Source of the DNA: Eledone cirrhosa
Taxonomy: Eukaryota
Length of the DNA: 64,000 nucleotides
Assembly (NCBI GenBank): GCA_964016885.1
Contig: OZ024740.1
Coordinates: forward strand, 292,578,001 to 292,642,000
Direction: 5' to 3'
Made by a program: the position numbers and the translations under genes. Of this stretch, positions 1-14,126 are shown piece by piece. Position 1 is the stretch's first letter; every line of letters starts with the position of its first letter. The notes under the pieces are model-generated. The model did not search any database, was not told the origin of the DNA, and was given only the letters and a program-made list of their open reading frames with translations.

Positions 1-218
1 CTTCGCTCACGAGTTTTGTTTTGTGTTTTTTTTTTTAAACTGATGTCATGATTACTGCTAAATGAAAAAAAACTTTCAACACATTTCATTTGTTTTGTCT
101 TTATATCATACACTGTCCGCTTGTCATTCCTATGTAAATATATCAGAATCCCCAACTATTTCTTCTGGAGTAAATGGAAGTACTTTCGTGGTAAACGTAA
201 TGGTTTTTCTAACATCTA

Positions 219-602
219 CTCTCAGGTCCCAAATAATCGGGCACGGGGTGGAATAAGCGGGGGTGGCGGTAGTTTTTCTAGGTAGTTTTCGTTGATTTTT
301 TTTTCTAAAAACCAGAATTAATCGTTTAGTTTACATATTGAGATCCTCAAACGATTCTATTTATTTTATAACTTATGAGATTTCTTGTAATGTTATTTTT
401 TTGTCATGTATAATGTTTTTTTAATGTCTAAAAAGATTGTCGCAGCAATGCTACCACTTAAAATAAAATTTCGCCAGAGATTAGCAAAATTTAATAAGCG
501 GAGGTGGGGGTGGAATAAGAGTGGGAGGGGGTTGGAAAAATCTCAAAAATTAATAAACGGAGAGGGGGGGACGGGGGGAAGCATTATTCGAGACCCAAGC
601 GT
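219..602. mobile_element. Non-autonomous TA-type DNA transposon (pogo/Tc1-like MITE), degenerate
   Basis: ta|CTCTCAGGTCCCAAATAA ... TTATTCGAGACCCAAGCG imperfect TIRs; a partial second copy lies at about 4623-4790. Confidence 0.5.
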
Positions 603-671
603 CGGTAAACAGAACAACTAAATAGAAATATTGGCAAAGATGGCGCACTTATATATATATATATAAATGTA

Positions 672-971
672 CAGTGTACTCCGACATTCGCGGTCCTGAC
701 CTTCACGGTTACGGTTATTCGCGGGATTTTCCTTAGAACCTAACTAATAATTGTTCGTGGAAACCACCGCTTGTTCACGGAATATACCATATTTGCCGGT
801 CCATTGGATGTCCCTTCGCATAAGACGCTCCCTCTTTTTTTTTAAATTATATTTTACGTTATATTTTGCCGTTTATAGGCATTTTCATAGACCACATCCA
901 ATATTCGCGGTCTTTCAATCTTCACGGGTGCTCTAGGAACGTAAGCCCCGCGAATACCGGGGAGACAACTG
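672..971. mobile_element. Tigger/pogo-like MITE
   Basis: TA|CAGTGTACTCCGACATTCGCGG ... CCGCGAATACCGGGGAGACAACTG|TA; TIRs plus TA duplication. Confidence 0.7.
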
Positions 972-972
972 T

Positions 973-1004
<32 letters not shown>

Positions 1005-1685
1005 GAAGTTTGCTACAATATGGTAATTTTCAAATTAACATTACTTTGATGACTAGACCAATACATTCAAACACAGTGAGTTTCCAATTATTAGCACCTG
1101 ATTTTTTTCCCTCTTGGTAACATCTGGATTAGCAAGTAACTTGAGCTACATTCTAGTGTCAACTTATCGTAAACTTGTGAAGTTCTGTAAATGACTCTTT
1201 AACAGTATGGGTTTAAAAAAAAGAAATGGCAGTCTTTATAACTGAAATAGTTTTAATGGCGCAAGTAACCAATAAATAGACTTAACATAATATTTAACGT
1301 TTATTTTTCTCGTTGACTTCCAGATATTTTGTAACAATTTCATTCTGCCCCGCTGTTAACACTGAACATTTTATGACGAATCGATTCTTCAAATAAAGAG
1401 AAAACATGAACTAACATCTCCGATCTGGTGTCCGTTGTCAGTTATATATATATATATAATGCGTGTGTGTGTGTTTATTCTTTAAATAAAGATATAGAAA
1501 TCGGTGTACCAGTTTAGTACTAGGTTGATCCTTCCTCTATATCTCTTTCTCACTTCCATTCTCTCTCTCCCTGTCATTCTCTGGAAGAAATCTGCTGTAC
1601 TCAGACCTGGAGTAGGGATGGGCTCCGCCAGATTTAAAAATACCCGATAAAGGCCGTATGCCAATATGGGTCTATATATATATAT

Positions 1686-1799
1686 ATAGGAAAAGAGTCA
1701 GGACCCCGACGGCTGAGCTTCGGCCGTTTCGACAGCTAGATCCGAACAGTTCGGATCTAGCCAGAGCTCAGCCGTCAGGGTCCTGACTCTTTTCCCTAT
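1686..1799. repeat. Short nested palindrome
   Basis: Outer arms ggaaaagagtcaggacc(c)cgacggctgagct / agctcagccgtcagggtcctgactcttttcc; inner arms ctagatccgaac / gttcggatctag. Confidence 0.85.
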
Positions 1800-1858
1800 T
1801 ACCCACTCGAGTACTCTGGTGCGTTATGGTCCACCTGGTTTCTTATACTTTCTTTGTT

Positions 1859-2005
<147 letters not shown>

Positions 2006-2016
2006 AAATAAATGTA

Positions 2017-2116
2017 CAGGGTGTCCCAAAAAATGTATACATACTTCAACAGCATTGTAATAAATATTGCCTGTACCGGTAATCAAAGTGCATATACATT
2101 TTTGGGGGGCACTCTG
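2017..2116. mobile_element. Tc1-like 100-bp MITE; second copy at about 19201-19280
   Basis: TA|CAGGGTGTCCCAAAAAATGTATA ... TATACATTTTTGGGGGGCACTCTG|TA. Confidence 0.7.
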
Positions 2117-3702
2117 TATATATATTTAAATCGGACAGCAGTAATATTTTCAAATTGACTGCGCTTTCTAAACCTTGCCATCTGTTTCGTTTAGGACACA
2201 CCACAACAGCTATGCAATTTCTTTCACACATGTCCGTGGTCCACTTATATCTACAATGTTACTCCATATTTTTTGTTAACTCATTGGCTACTAAAAATAG
2301 AAAGATAAATCTCTCAAAGGGGTCTATGGGTTTCTATTTCACTTTGTAATTATAGTTTTCTATATTACATAACATTTTGTTTGTTCAGAATTTTATTTCG
2401 AGTATTATGAAATTTCTTTTATTCAAATTCCCTGTAAAAGGACTGTGACAAGCTGGGCAATTAATAAAACTGGCAACTATTTTTATCGGTGTCATTGTGT
2501 TGACATGCCCTAAAGAAAATATTGTGTAGTATTTTGAATGTTAGAAGATTGATCAAGGATTAAAAAAATTTCTTCTCGTTTGTGTTAATTATCCTATCTG
2601 TCAGAATAAAGATCACTTTTGTAAAATAGTATAATTATAGCTAAAGGACTATTTAATAACATTGATTTGTCTTTCACTCTTAGCTCAGATACACCACTCC
2701 ATCTCTACAAAACACAATTGAGCACACGCACACACACTCACTCACTCACTCACTCTCTCTAGAAAACCAGTTATTAAAATTTAGTTTTTCTTAAAGAACA
2801 TTAAAATAAATTTTTGTTTGATATTGTTGCATACTTTTGTCCAGATTTCCATATTATTAAAAATTTCAAAGCACCTGCTATATATATAGAAACATATCAA
2901 GAAATTCTATTTTCAAATACACTCAATGCCATCATAATTCTCATTTAACGTGAGTGTAGGACGCGTTCTCGGAGATCAAGTAAGCACTCAAGCGGAGCTA
3001 CTGATCCCTCAGATGAGCCAGGGCCCCACATTTCGCTTACATACGTTCCCGCACCCTGCCGAATGCATTCTGTCGTGGCATCAATACTAGGAAGATTATC
3101 TTTTTGGCACAGCTGCAGAGCCCTCCCAATTCTATTTTGACAGGTTGTTTACGGCTGGATGTCCTTCCTATCACTATTCCCCTCACAGAGGGAACTGATT
3201 TTCAGGGCATTTTCTACGGAAATATCTACCACGTAAAATACGTAAAAGTTTCAAGATTGCGTTTACCAGGGCATTTGACCTATTAGAAATAGCAGCCAAC
3301 CCCCCCCCCCCCCCCCCCCTCATACCTGACTATCTTAAGTAATGGAGGAACATATCAAATTTTGTGGTCCCAAGTGCACCCTGAAAAATAGATGCTGGTC
3401 ATGACAGGAATGTATTTCATCTTACGACTTCTGAATCAGAGATAACCCGCTATTAACAAGCTTAAGTCAGTGACTAGCAAATAATTTTCTGAACTAGATT
3501 GGAATTACATCATATTGTTTCCATATATCAGTAGAACAAATGTTTTATACAACCCTGCCAACCTCTAAAATCCAAAGCGGGGAGAAATGAGGCAAAATGA
3601 AGAGATTTTACATAATGAAAGCTATACCCATTTTCAAAAGAGAAGACATCTCTCACCCACCCCAAAGTGATGGGAGATCTCCCCGTCGGACGGGGAGAGT
3701 CC

Positions 3703-6006
3703 GCACATTGAACAGAGGAAATTTAAAATTAAAGTCACCCATTCATTTATAACAGTCTTTACATGGTAGCAACTAGCTCATTAGATACAGAACCAGCATT
3801 AAAAATCTTTGCAGGTGTAAAGAAGAAATTAAGTTAAATAAAGAAAATCCTGGCATATATTTCATTCTATTATTCTACAAATTCACGGTAGGTTTTCAAT
3901 GAAGTATTTCTCCACTTTATATTCACAACCCTGTAAGTGTTGCATCAACTGTTTATATTGAGTCCCATGTTTCAAAATTCCGAGTTCAAATATTTTCATT
4001 CTGCCCCATCTAGAATTACTCCTTGTATAACAATTGATCATTTGCTCACGCAAAATAAAACATTAGGGAATTCATTCTTTTGGGGCCTGATAATATACGT
4101 AATGTTTCGAGGTATATCTAACAGTCAAATAAAATGTTTAATTCTTGCGTTGGAATGTATTTCTTTCCAGGGTTTTGGTTTCTTGCTAAGGAAATGCTTC
4201 TGAACTTGAAGCTTCCCTTATCCTAGTAAACTATTAATATGTTATGGGCTGTTAAGTGTAGTATATTGGTAGAATTTGAAGAGTCTCGGATAAAATGCCA
4301 TTGCAGTATTTGTTTCGGCACTTTATATTCTGAGTTCAAATCCCGTCATGGTCAATTTTGCCTTTCAGCCTTCTAGGGACGATAAACGAAAAGACCAGCC
4401 AGATACTGGGGTTGATTTAATCAAATTTGCCCTTCCATCAATTTTGCTGGCCTCATGTCCAAGATTAGAAATCAAAATTGCAGTAGGGCATCAGATGATA
4501 GGCTTTTTTATTATTTGCTCTATATTACTAATCTAATTTCAAATCCAGCCATGGTTGACATTGCCTTCTATTTGTCCGTAGTTTCTGGGGCAATACAATT
4601 GAAATGTTTTTTTTGTAAAAATATTCCAGGGTCGCAAATGATAGGAGATTGGAAAATCGGTAATTTGTCTAGGTCTCCCTTGATTTTTTAAAAACCAGAA
4701 TTAGTCATTTAATTTACACATTGAGACCCCCGCGCCAACCCATCCTATTTATTTTATAACGTTTGGGATTTCTAGTAATGTTCTTTTTTTTTACATCTGT
4801 CTAAGCAGCAGCAATTGACCAGTTCATCATTCACTTGGACATTGCATATCTAGGACTGCATTATTTGATAGGTGTCTCTTTTTTCATGACAGCAGTGTGA
4901 AATTTAAAGGAGACTGGGTTGTTATTTCTGACATTTTTAGGAACCTTATAAAGATTGTTTCGTTGAGTTAGTATGATAGCATTGGAGCTAAGAGAGCCAG
5001 ACAATTTTACACCAGCCTAGAACGGTCCTCCTCCGTCTCCTGAATCTCAGTTTTGCATTTTTCTTTTTACACATCAATAAAATATTCGATAATATATTTT
5101 AATCAACTCAATTGACTGTAACTCTTGCAAGAGTTACAGTGTTTGTTTGTTTTTTTGCAATAATTGACTGCATCTAAGAAACAAATTGTAGTATTCAGAA
5201 GGATGCCGAAATAGCGACGAATTTTAACTTGATTAATCTAAATTCTAAATGCAACAGTTGTTTGGGTGATTTACAAAAGTCACTTATAATCCTTCATGTT
5301 GGAACTACGAAGATTTTAAATAGTTTTCCTTTTAATGAAATATTTTATTATTATTTATGAATAAAACTACTGTTTCTTATATTTTAGATACTCCAAATAA
5401 TCAACTACCAGTCTTGGAAATTGATGGTAAATTTCAAATCCCTCAAAGTTTATCCATTGCTCGATATGTTGCCAGAGAATATGGTAAGTACGATTTGCTT
5501 GTCTTTTTGCAATTATTCAAAGAGTGAGAAGGGGTGGGGAGAGAGATGGTGCGCGTGTATGTAGAGATATTGAGCATGATCATGATATTAGTCTTACGCA
5601 ACACTTAAAAAATACGGCTGTAAATTAACATCAAATTAAACTGTTATTTAATCTCTAACGATGTTTGTTGTTGACTAAAACAGACCTATGATTAAATTCA
5701 TTCCAAACTATTCTGTCCACCTCTCGGAATTGTCTCATCTAGGACTACACTAAGATATTTCTTATCTTTCCAAAAACAGTAATGTTTTAGTTAGCTGACT
5801 GCTACTTACAGCTAATCAAGTGACTACATAGATATCCATCGTTGACTTGACCTCTAGCTGTTTTTATATTAATTTTTTCGAGCTAACGATGAAACCTACA
5901 TGCGACTCAACCCACTAACAATAGCAGTCAAAAATCTCTCAAATTACGCCCTATAATCTAAAAAGGACATTAGACTATATTTGACAATGTAGATCCGAAT
6001 ATACAA

Positions 6007-6037
<31 letters not shown>

Positions 6038-6557
6038 CGGGGTTAGAACGTTTTTGGTCATAGCTCTGTCTAGACAATATAACTTTCTGGACACCACTAT
6101 GCCATTTGGGATTAAACTAAGTACTAGTAATAAACTTGAGTTAATTTATCAACTATATTCTTCACTACAAAAATTCCTTTTTTGTAGTTTGTCAAATAAA
6201 ACCAAAGACAACTGAATTTTAAGTTGTAAGGTATAAACAGGTGTTCTATTGATTGAACCTGTGATTAATAATTTACTAGTAACATTTATCACAACTGTGC
6301 CGGAAAAGAGTTGATGCAACACTTACAGGGTTGTGAATATAAAGTGGAGAAATACTTCATTGAAAACCTACGGTGAATTTGTAGAATAATAGAATGAAAT
6401 ATATGCCAGGATTTTTTTTCTTTAACTTAATTTCCTCTTTACACCTGCAAAGATTTTTTAATGCAGGTTCTGTATCTAATGAGCTAGTTGCTACCATGTA
6501 AAGACTATTATAAATGAATGGGTGACTTTAATTTTAAATTTCCTCCGTTCAATGTGC
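3703..6557. repeat. Inverted repeat pair, arms 3703-3950 and 6309-6557, bracketing GST exon 5388-5483
   Basis: The arms are near-identical reverse complements over about 250 bp (read base by base; only scattered mismatches). Confidence 0.93.
5388..5483 (+). CDS. Sigma-class glutathione S-transferase, internal exon (GSH-binding region); the more 5' exons were not found in the window
   Basis: ttttag|AT...TATG|gtaagt; 96 nt, phase 1/1; reads [31 protein letters not shown](G), which carries the GST N-domain QLP and QS motifs. Confidence 0.93.
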
Positions 6558-7245
6558 AGACAAAATAAACCTGTTTTGCATTTTTGCCAAGACAGCCATA
6601 TATTTATCATTTCAGTTTACATGTGGTTGTCTGTTCATTAAACATTATCGAAAATAATTCATGTTTTATTTTATACCCTACTCTCATACCTTAGAGTGTT
6701 TTGCTTTAAAATATACCAATAGTTACTTTCTGACATATATCAATAGATTGACCCTCATTTGAGGCACCTGGAGTTTTTGCCGGTTACAGTGTTTATTTTG
6801 CAAAAATCAGGTGAAGTTTACAATAAATGATCACGAATGTTGTTTTTTTATGTTGGTTTGTTGTTGTTGTTTTCTGAAATATAAGCTAAGACTTTATTTT
6901 CTTTAACTTGCCTTTACCATTATCACGGCATTTGTCATATAATTATCCTATGTAATCCTTTTTATCCAATTGTGACAAGATAGGAAATAAAAATGACATT
7001 TGCTACAATTATTATCATTCCTTTGACGTGTACAATATGATCTTTTCTTACATAGCGTAAGAAATCCTGGCTTACAGGGCAAATTTATATAATTTGTTCC
7101 CCTGGATTATTTGTCAAACTTCCCTTTATCTTCATTGTGCCACCTGTGGATATCAAAATGTGATTTTTAAATTTTCCACGCCGTTTATCTAAAATTAAAA
7201 ACTACAGTACATGACATTTATTATCATTATTTTTATATGCTAGTA

Positions 7246-7465
7246 GGGCGGTGGATCGGCAGTATCGGTAGAGCGTCAGACACCATGCTTTACAGCATAG
7301 TTATGGCCCTTTACATTCTGAGTTCAAATCCCGCCGAGGTTAACTTTGCCTTTCATCCTTACGGGGTCGATAAAATAAAGTACCAGTCATGCACTGGGGT
7401 CGATTTAATCGACTTTCCCCTCCCCCCAAATTGTTGGCCTTGTGCCTAAATCAGAAGCCATTATT
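7246..7465 (+). mobile_element. tRNA-head SINE with Deu/Nin-like core, tail type 1 (ends ccttgtgcc...agaa(a/g)ccattatt); other copies at about 4255-4480(+), 23318-23535(-), 50660-50835(-)
   Basis: A/B-box-like head (tcggcagtatcggtaga ... gagttcaaatccc); core ctttgcctttcatcctt(a/t)cggggtcgataaaataaagtaccag; cattatttttatat is duplicated on both sides (7225-7238, 7459-7472). Confidence 0.85.
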
Positions 7466-8325
7466 TTTATATAATGATGATGACTATATAAACGTATAAT
7501 GGAAGTTACAAATATACGCTCAGTACAACAATATGTTATTGTTACGGCTCACACCTGTATAGATTGAGACTGCCTCTCGTGAGGTTCATCACGTAGGCAG
7601 TTTCTTGGGTATTTTAATTATAGAGGGGCCGAATCCTATCATGCCATCTTTTTTTCACTGTAACAGGAGCCGGGATTTGAACTCATAACGCACAGGGCTG
7701 AAACCAATACCGCAAGGCATCCCATCCGACACTAATAATTCCACCAATTCAGTGTCGTGGGCTGGCACTTTAAACAGCCCGAAAGAATGAAAAGTAAAGT
7801 TGACCTCGGCGGTGTTTAAACTCAGAACGCAGAGAACAAAAACAAATACAACAAGGCATTTAATATTGTACTCTAACGCATTGCTTAAAAAATTTGATTT
7901 GGAGTTTTCACGTTTACCTTCATTTGGTTGATTGAAGCATTATTCCATAATGATTACCTTTCATCGACACCGATATAGTTTGGATTAATTACAGCTATCA
8001 GGCTCACTACAATGTCCTCCTTTTTTTTTCGTTTTACTACCGCCATCTTTATCTACCTATTAATTATATAGCCAATTGAATTTGGCTGACTTACGAAGCA
8101 TTGGGACATTGGACAATATATTCGTCACAATAATAGTTGATTGCTATAGATAAAGGTTCAATAAATGAGGTAAAATACCCTTATAGGTGGGAAAAAAATC
8201 GTGAGAGATGTCAAAATAAACAAGGGACTATAAGATTTACTAAAGCTTTAAAGATGGTTTGTTGCCTCGCATGGTCGTACTTGAGGTGTCTCTGTCCACT
8301 TTATCCGAATTATTCAACTATTATT

Positions 8326-9254
8326 ATAGTTATCTACATTATAGCGACTATATTTTCAAATATAAATTTCATCTATATATTTTCTTCTTGATCCCTAAAT
8401 TTGTCACAGCAGCTGCTTATTATTCTTAAAGTTCACTCAAACTAGTTGTCATTGGTGTTGTTTAACCCCTGATCAAACAGGATCAGACATACGTGAATAT
8501 TGCGGCTTTTTATTTAAATAGTGTATCTGGGCCTACATATCTCGTCCTTCATCCTTCAAAATAGTAGAATAGAATCCGAAGATTTTGCTGTTATTTCTAG
8601 CCTGGCAAATGACAATTTAGAGGTCCTCTCATTAACCCAATGAAACTTCTTAGTTGAACGTAGAGGTGATGGCCCTAGGTAATACTTCGTTAGCTTGTGA
8701 CACTGGTTTCAAACCCTCACCTACCAAGAAAATAGGAAATTTCTTTTTATTGTTTTTTCATATGAAGAGTAGTTTTTATAACTTAACGATGATCTCTCTT
8801 TCTCTCTCTTTCTCTCTCTCTCTCTGTATATATATAGTAATAAATTTGAAGACTAAAATCCAAAGAGGGCTCGATAAGGATTGATTTTTTTTTTTTAGTT
8901 TCAGAAGATCCCGTTAAGGGTGAAAGCAGCGATTCTTTGCTTAAACTTTAATCTGTTATTTTAATATATATATATATAAATAACAGCAAAATCTTCGGAT
9001 TCTATTCTACTATTTTGAAGGATGAAGGACGAGATATGTAGGCCCAGATACACTATTTAAATAAAAAGCCGCAATATTCACGTCTGTCTGATCCTGGTTG
9101 ATCTGGGGTTAAACAACACCAATGACAACTAGTTTGAGTGAACTTTAAGAATAATAAGCAGCCCTGTTTAGGGATCAAGATTTAGGGATCAAGAAGAAAA
9201 TATATAGATGAAATTTATATTTGAAAATATAGTCGCTATAATGTAGATAACTAT
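8326..9254. repeat. Local inverted duplication, arms 8326-8596 and 8978-9254
   Basis: Near-identical reverse-complement arms of about 270 bp; the right arm starts right after a (TA)n run. Confidence 0.93.
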
Positions 9255-9258
9255 GTAA

Positions 9259-9621
9259 GGTCATGCTGCAAATAAAAAAACACGCACCTGTTGGTTTTCA
9301 CTTCACTTTATTATAAATTTCCGTTTGGTTGTTTATATATTGTCAAAGAGCTTTCGTCACACATTCTGTGACGTCCTCAGTGTCTAATTTCTTATCTCTT
9401 ATGTTCTGTGCACACAACACGCAAAAACAAGATGGTGTAGGACAGAACAAAGGAGAAACACAAAATAAGAAATCAGTCACTGAGGAGGTCACAGAATGTA
9501 TAACGAAAGAGCTTTGACAATATTTAAACAACTATCTGGTTATTGAACCAACCAACCGGAAATTTATAATAAATTGAAGTGAAAACCAACAGGTGCGTGT
9601 GTTTTTATTGGCAGCATGACC
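9259..9621. mobile_element. Hairpin MITE with long imperfect TIRs
   Basis: ggtcatgctgc.aataaaaa.acacgcacctgttggttttcacttca at the left end, its reverse complement at the right end; self-complementary over most of its length. Confidence 0.75.
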
Positions 9622-9641
9622 CTCCCAAAGTATAACAATAC

Positions 9642-9675
<34 letters not shown>

Positions 9676-9718
9676 ATGTGTACATATGCACGTATGTGTG
9701 CATGTGTATATAAGCATA

Positions 9719-9922
9719 CGAGGGGGTGCTGAAAATCCCTAGCTTGATCACTGCTACAGAGGCTCAACCTTCCGAGTTCTTTTTACAGGGTATAGTGAAA
9801 CTGAAGCACCGCTGCAATAAGTGTGTGAATCTGAGAGGGGAATATGCTGACTAAAATCATAATTAACTGATCCTACTGTATTTTCTTTTACCAAAAGCCA
9901 AGAAATTTTCAGCACCACCTCG
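9719..9922 (+). mobile_element. mariner deletion derivative
   Basis: TA|CGAGGGGGTGCTGAAAAT ... TTTTCAGCACCACCTCG|TA; internal FLQGIVKLKHRCNKCVNLRGEYAD* resembles the mariner transposase C-terminus. Confidence 0.8.
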
Positions 9923-9955
9923 TATATATGTGAGCACGCGCGCCTGTGTGTGTGC

Positions 9956-10005
<50 letters not shown>

Positions 10006-11495
10006 TTCGGTTGAGATTTATAATTGTTACAATATTGTCAAATTTCCAAATCCTGAGTAATTGGGCAGTTTAATTAATTGGCGGTATTAGTGAGTTGCAG
10101 GTACAAATCAGTTTTTCTAGCTGAGCTAACTGGAGCAATGTGAATTAAAGTGTCTTGCTCAAGGAAACAAAGTGACGTCCGAAATCAAACTCACATCCTT
10201 GCGAATGCCCTAACCACAAGGATACAACACATCACCGGTCCTAGAATCGAACTCACAAACCACTAAGCAATGCGCCACACATAAAATATGTGTATATATA
10301 TATCAAATATGCTGGTTTAGTCATCCATAGTGATACATGCTGTTTAAAATAATTTGTGGGCCGAAAAATGTGATATGTCACGAAGTAGAAAATAGATAGC
10401 TTTGGGCGGAAACAGTTGAACCTGAGTTGTTTTGAGAGGTGTTTAAATCTTAACATGATTGGACCTCGGCACTGCAAACTATTGAAACGCTATCACTTAC
10501 ATTCAGACCTACAAAAGTTATATAAAACAATAAAACGATTGCAATATGATGATCCAGATAAGGCCTGAAATCTGTTTATCATATTACCAAAACTTGACCA
10601 CTCAAATTACAAAAGATGATATTTTCCCCGTACACCGACCGAGTTCGTCTTGTCTCTTTTTGAGTCTCAATAATACTGATGCAGATTAGATCAAATGATC
10701 ATACCATGCTCTGAATTGCACTTTGTACCCAATGACCAACATTTTACGTCATATTATATAACATATTTCCAGAATAGACAACAAGACAACATACCTGAGA
10801 TGAAAAACCTGTAAGCTTCCTCAAACCTTTAATACTTTGTACATTAATACAAACAACTGCAATATTGAAATTTCAATATTTTTATTTAGGTAAGTTAGGC
10901 ATGAGACATTTTAATTACACCCTCAGTAACGGAATACGAAATCTAACATCTTTGTATACTCTTCCGTTTTCACCATTGTAATAATAGTAGGGATGTGGTG
11001 AATTGGCAATCATAAGAACGTCGGATAGAATGCTTTGCGGTTCCGTCTCTCTGCGCTCTTAATTTAAATCTCGCCAATTTCAGCTTTGCCTTTCATCCTT
11101 CTCGAGATCGATGAAAAAGTAACAGTCCAGTACTGGGGGTCGATTTTTCTTCAATATCTATTTTACTTAATCTCTATTATTCTTTCTCTCTCTCCTTCTT
11201 GAAGAAATCGCTTGTTTTCTGACCGGGAGAGGAGATGGTTTCCGCTAGGTTTAAGATGACCAAGATACATCGTATGTCACTACAGCTTCATCGGGAGTTG
11301 TGGGTCCATGCAATAATAGCGAGTTCAGTTTATAAGAGAAACAAATCGCCGTTATTTTTTCAAATTCTTTCTATAAAATATGAAAGGAGTATTCAAGATA
11401 AAACCTTTACCTATTTTATTTTTCTGCTAAGATTATTTTCTGTGTACAATGTAAGTAGCATTGTTTTCTTTAGCATTCGCACTTTTTTGTTTCAG

Positions 11496-11611
11496 GGTTG
11501 GCAGGAAGGAACACTCTCGGCCAAGCATTTGCTGATTCTATTGTGGAGACATTCGACGATCTTCACGTAGAATTTGGAAAAACCCTAAACGAGAAAGATG
11601 AAGAAAAAAAG
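11496..11611 (+). CDS. Sigma-class GST, internal exon
   Basis: ttgtttcag|GG...AAG|gtacc; phase 1/0, in frame with the previous exon; (G)LAGRNTLGQAFADSIVETFDDLHVEFGKTLNEKDEEKK. Confidence 0.92.
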
Positions 11612-12478
11612 GTACCGGCAATTTCTTATTTTACATTATATGATAGAAATCTTAATTCTATAACATCTCAACTCTTTACTCTAAACCACTTATAAAATCC
11701 CTTTTATGATTTAGCTACTGAAAGTAATCAAGGGCCTCGTAAACAAATCGAATTAGGTTGTTACTCTTTTGTTTTGTTTGTTTCTTTTACACAAAAATGA
11801 GGTCTCAAATTTTCGAATTAAGGTTGTGTGGAATTAATGCCCTTCAGAAAGGTATGTAGTGGAGTCAGAGGATTGAAATATCTCAAACCAGGAATTGAAC
11901 CGTATCAAGTTTCGGTTTAATTTTCCTCGTCTATTTATTTACTTAGTTTTGTATGGCTTAGTCAGAAAAGAAGCGACAGCCGCTATGACCTATTCGCAGG
12001 GCTTCTGACTGCTATGAGAGCAAAGATATTTTAAGAGCAGGCATTGTCCGTCCACCGTATTTCCGTACAGTTTCCTCTCAGTTTTACTCACAAAACTTGC
12101 ATCAGTACGTGGCTATGTTAGAATACATATTTCTGAGGTGGCCCTCAGTTAAATTGAACATAGAAGCAGGTGATTGTAAAGTGAAGTTCTTAACCACACA
12201 GATATTTCTGTAGCCATAAGTAATCTATTATTGAAAGAGATTCATTTGTTTTCTGTGAAAGCCAAACTGGATACATTGCTTTAGATGTATCGTGGGCAAT
12301 GAATGCAGGGGCTGTCGCAATTTTTTTTTATAGCATTATTTTATAGAAACCAATTAAAAAGTACATGTCAAATACTTCTCTATCTATGTCGTTCCTTATT
12401 TCATTCATTCTTTCTTTGTCGTTCCTCCTTTCGCTATCTCTTTCTTTCTTCGTTTCTTTGTTTCTGTCTTCCCGTCGC

Positions 12479-12621
<143 letters not shown>

Positions 12622-14126
12622 TAAAAGTAATGCTATTTTTCTTGTTGTGTTGTTGTTTCACCCCACGTCAAATATATTCCAGCTATGATCATCTCGTTAT
12701 TTGAATAGCAAGGAGTATATTCTTCTTATACTTGTTCTTCGCCCACTTATTCCTGAGAGGATCGTGGGGACAGAGTCTTCAAACACTCCTTCCAGAAGCA
12801 ACTGTCTCCAACTAACCCGGCTGGATTCCCAAGCGATACAAGCAGAGCTCATGGATGTTATCCGACTATCTTGCTCAGGGTCTTCCTCTGGGTCTCCTGC
12901 CAGTTGGTTTTGCCTGTAAAATCTGTCCAGCGATTCTTTCCTGAGACAATCTAACCTTATGCCCATGTTATCTGAGCTGTGATCTCTCAAATGTAGAAGT
13001 AGCGACTTACCTGGAGTGACTCTCTGATCTTCGAGTAACGTTACTCTAAAAACCCTTCGGAAGAAGGGTCATTACCCAAAATTCGTGACCATAGGTAAGG
13101 GTTCGTACGAAAACCATTTTATTTATTTATTTTTCATTCAAGACGGCTTGGTTGTATATTTGACTGCTATTTCGAACTACCACACGAAAGACTCCTGTGA
13201 TGCAGTTGGCATAGATAGTAACATTATTTACAGTATATTAAAAGGTGTTTATGCCGTGACCATTTCATCTTTTTCAAAGGATATATCGTCACCAAATTAT
13301 TTAGTGTGTTCTTTCTTCTTTTGTGATGGGTTCGGATTTTAGAGAGATTTGGCTGTTATTTCTAGCTGGTCAGATGACCACGTATGAGATTCTTACAAGT
13401 AGATTTATGACTGAAGGGCATTCTATGAATGCTAGACCCCAACATCACTGATGATTTCTCCTGTTGATCCTGTATCCTTAACATAACAAACACTGTTTCA
13501 CGAAGACTGCCTTTCCGCTTAAGAATATATTTCAGTTTTCTACAACTATCCGTTTACAAAGCTGAGGTGTTACACACAATGATCACTGCTCCGGCATCTC
13601 AGACGTCGCAGCTACTGCACACACACCACACACCACACATGTTAGGGAGCATTAAAAAAAAATAGGCCAGCCAACTAATTGACATGAAATTGTTCACCAC
13701 GGCACTCCAATCTCTGACCCACAGACGTGCTGCTCCATCTCACTACCTTCATCACCTCACAATCTCTCTCTTTACTTTTTTCTTAGTCACAGATTTGCAA
13801 CTGTCCAATAAAAACGTTAACCACATCAGACTCCCCGGTCTCGCAGAACCTCCAATGGCCATGACTATATTCCCTTCTTTCAGACAAATCCACTAAGAAT
13901 TTCAAAAATTAAAGAAAAAATATCGTTTTGCAACTATATAAAATGTATTCGAACCAGGAATTAACTTTAATTTTCTAATCTTGCAAATTAAAAGTTACAA
14001 ACCTTATGAATTATAATTATTGAAGAGCTGGGAATGTTTGAATTTGAAAGTGCGAGGGTCTTAAACGCAGGCAATATTTGTAATAACAGACTTTAGATTA
14101 TCTCTAATGACCGACTAAGTCAGAAG

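Noticed and set aside
7246-7335. tRNA genes
   Set aside because: The A/B-box-like sequences are SINE heads continuous with SINE bodies; no complete cloverleaf
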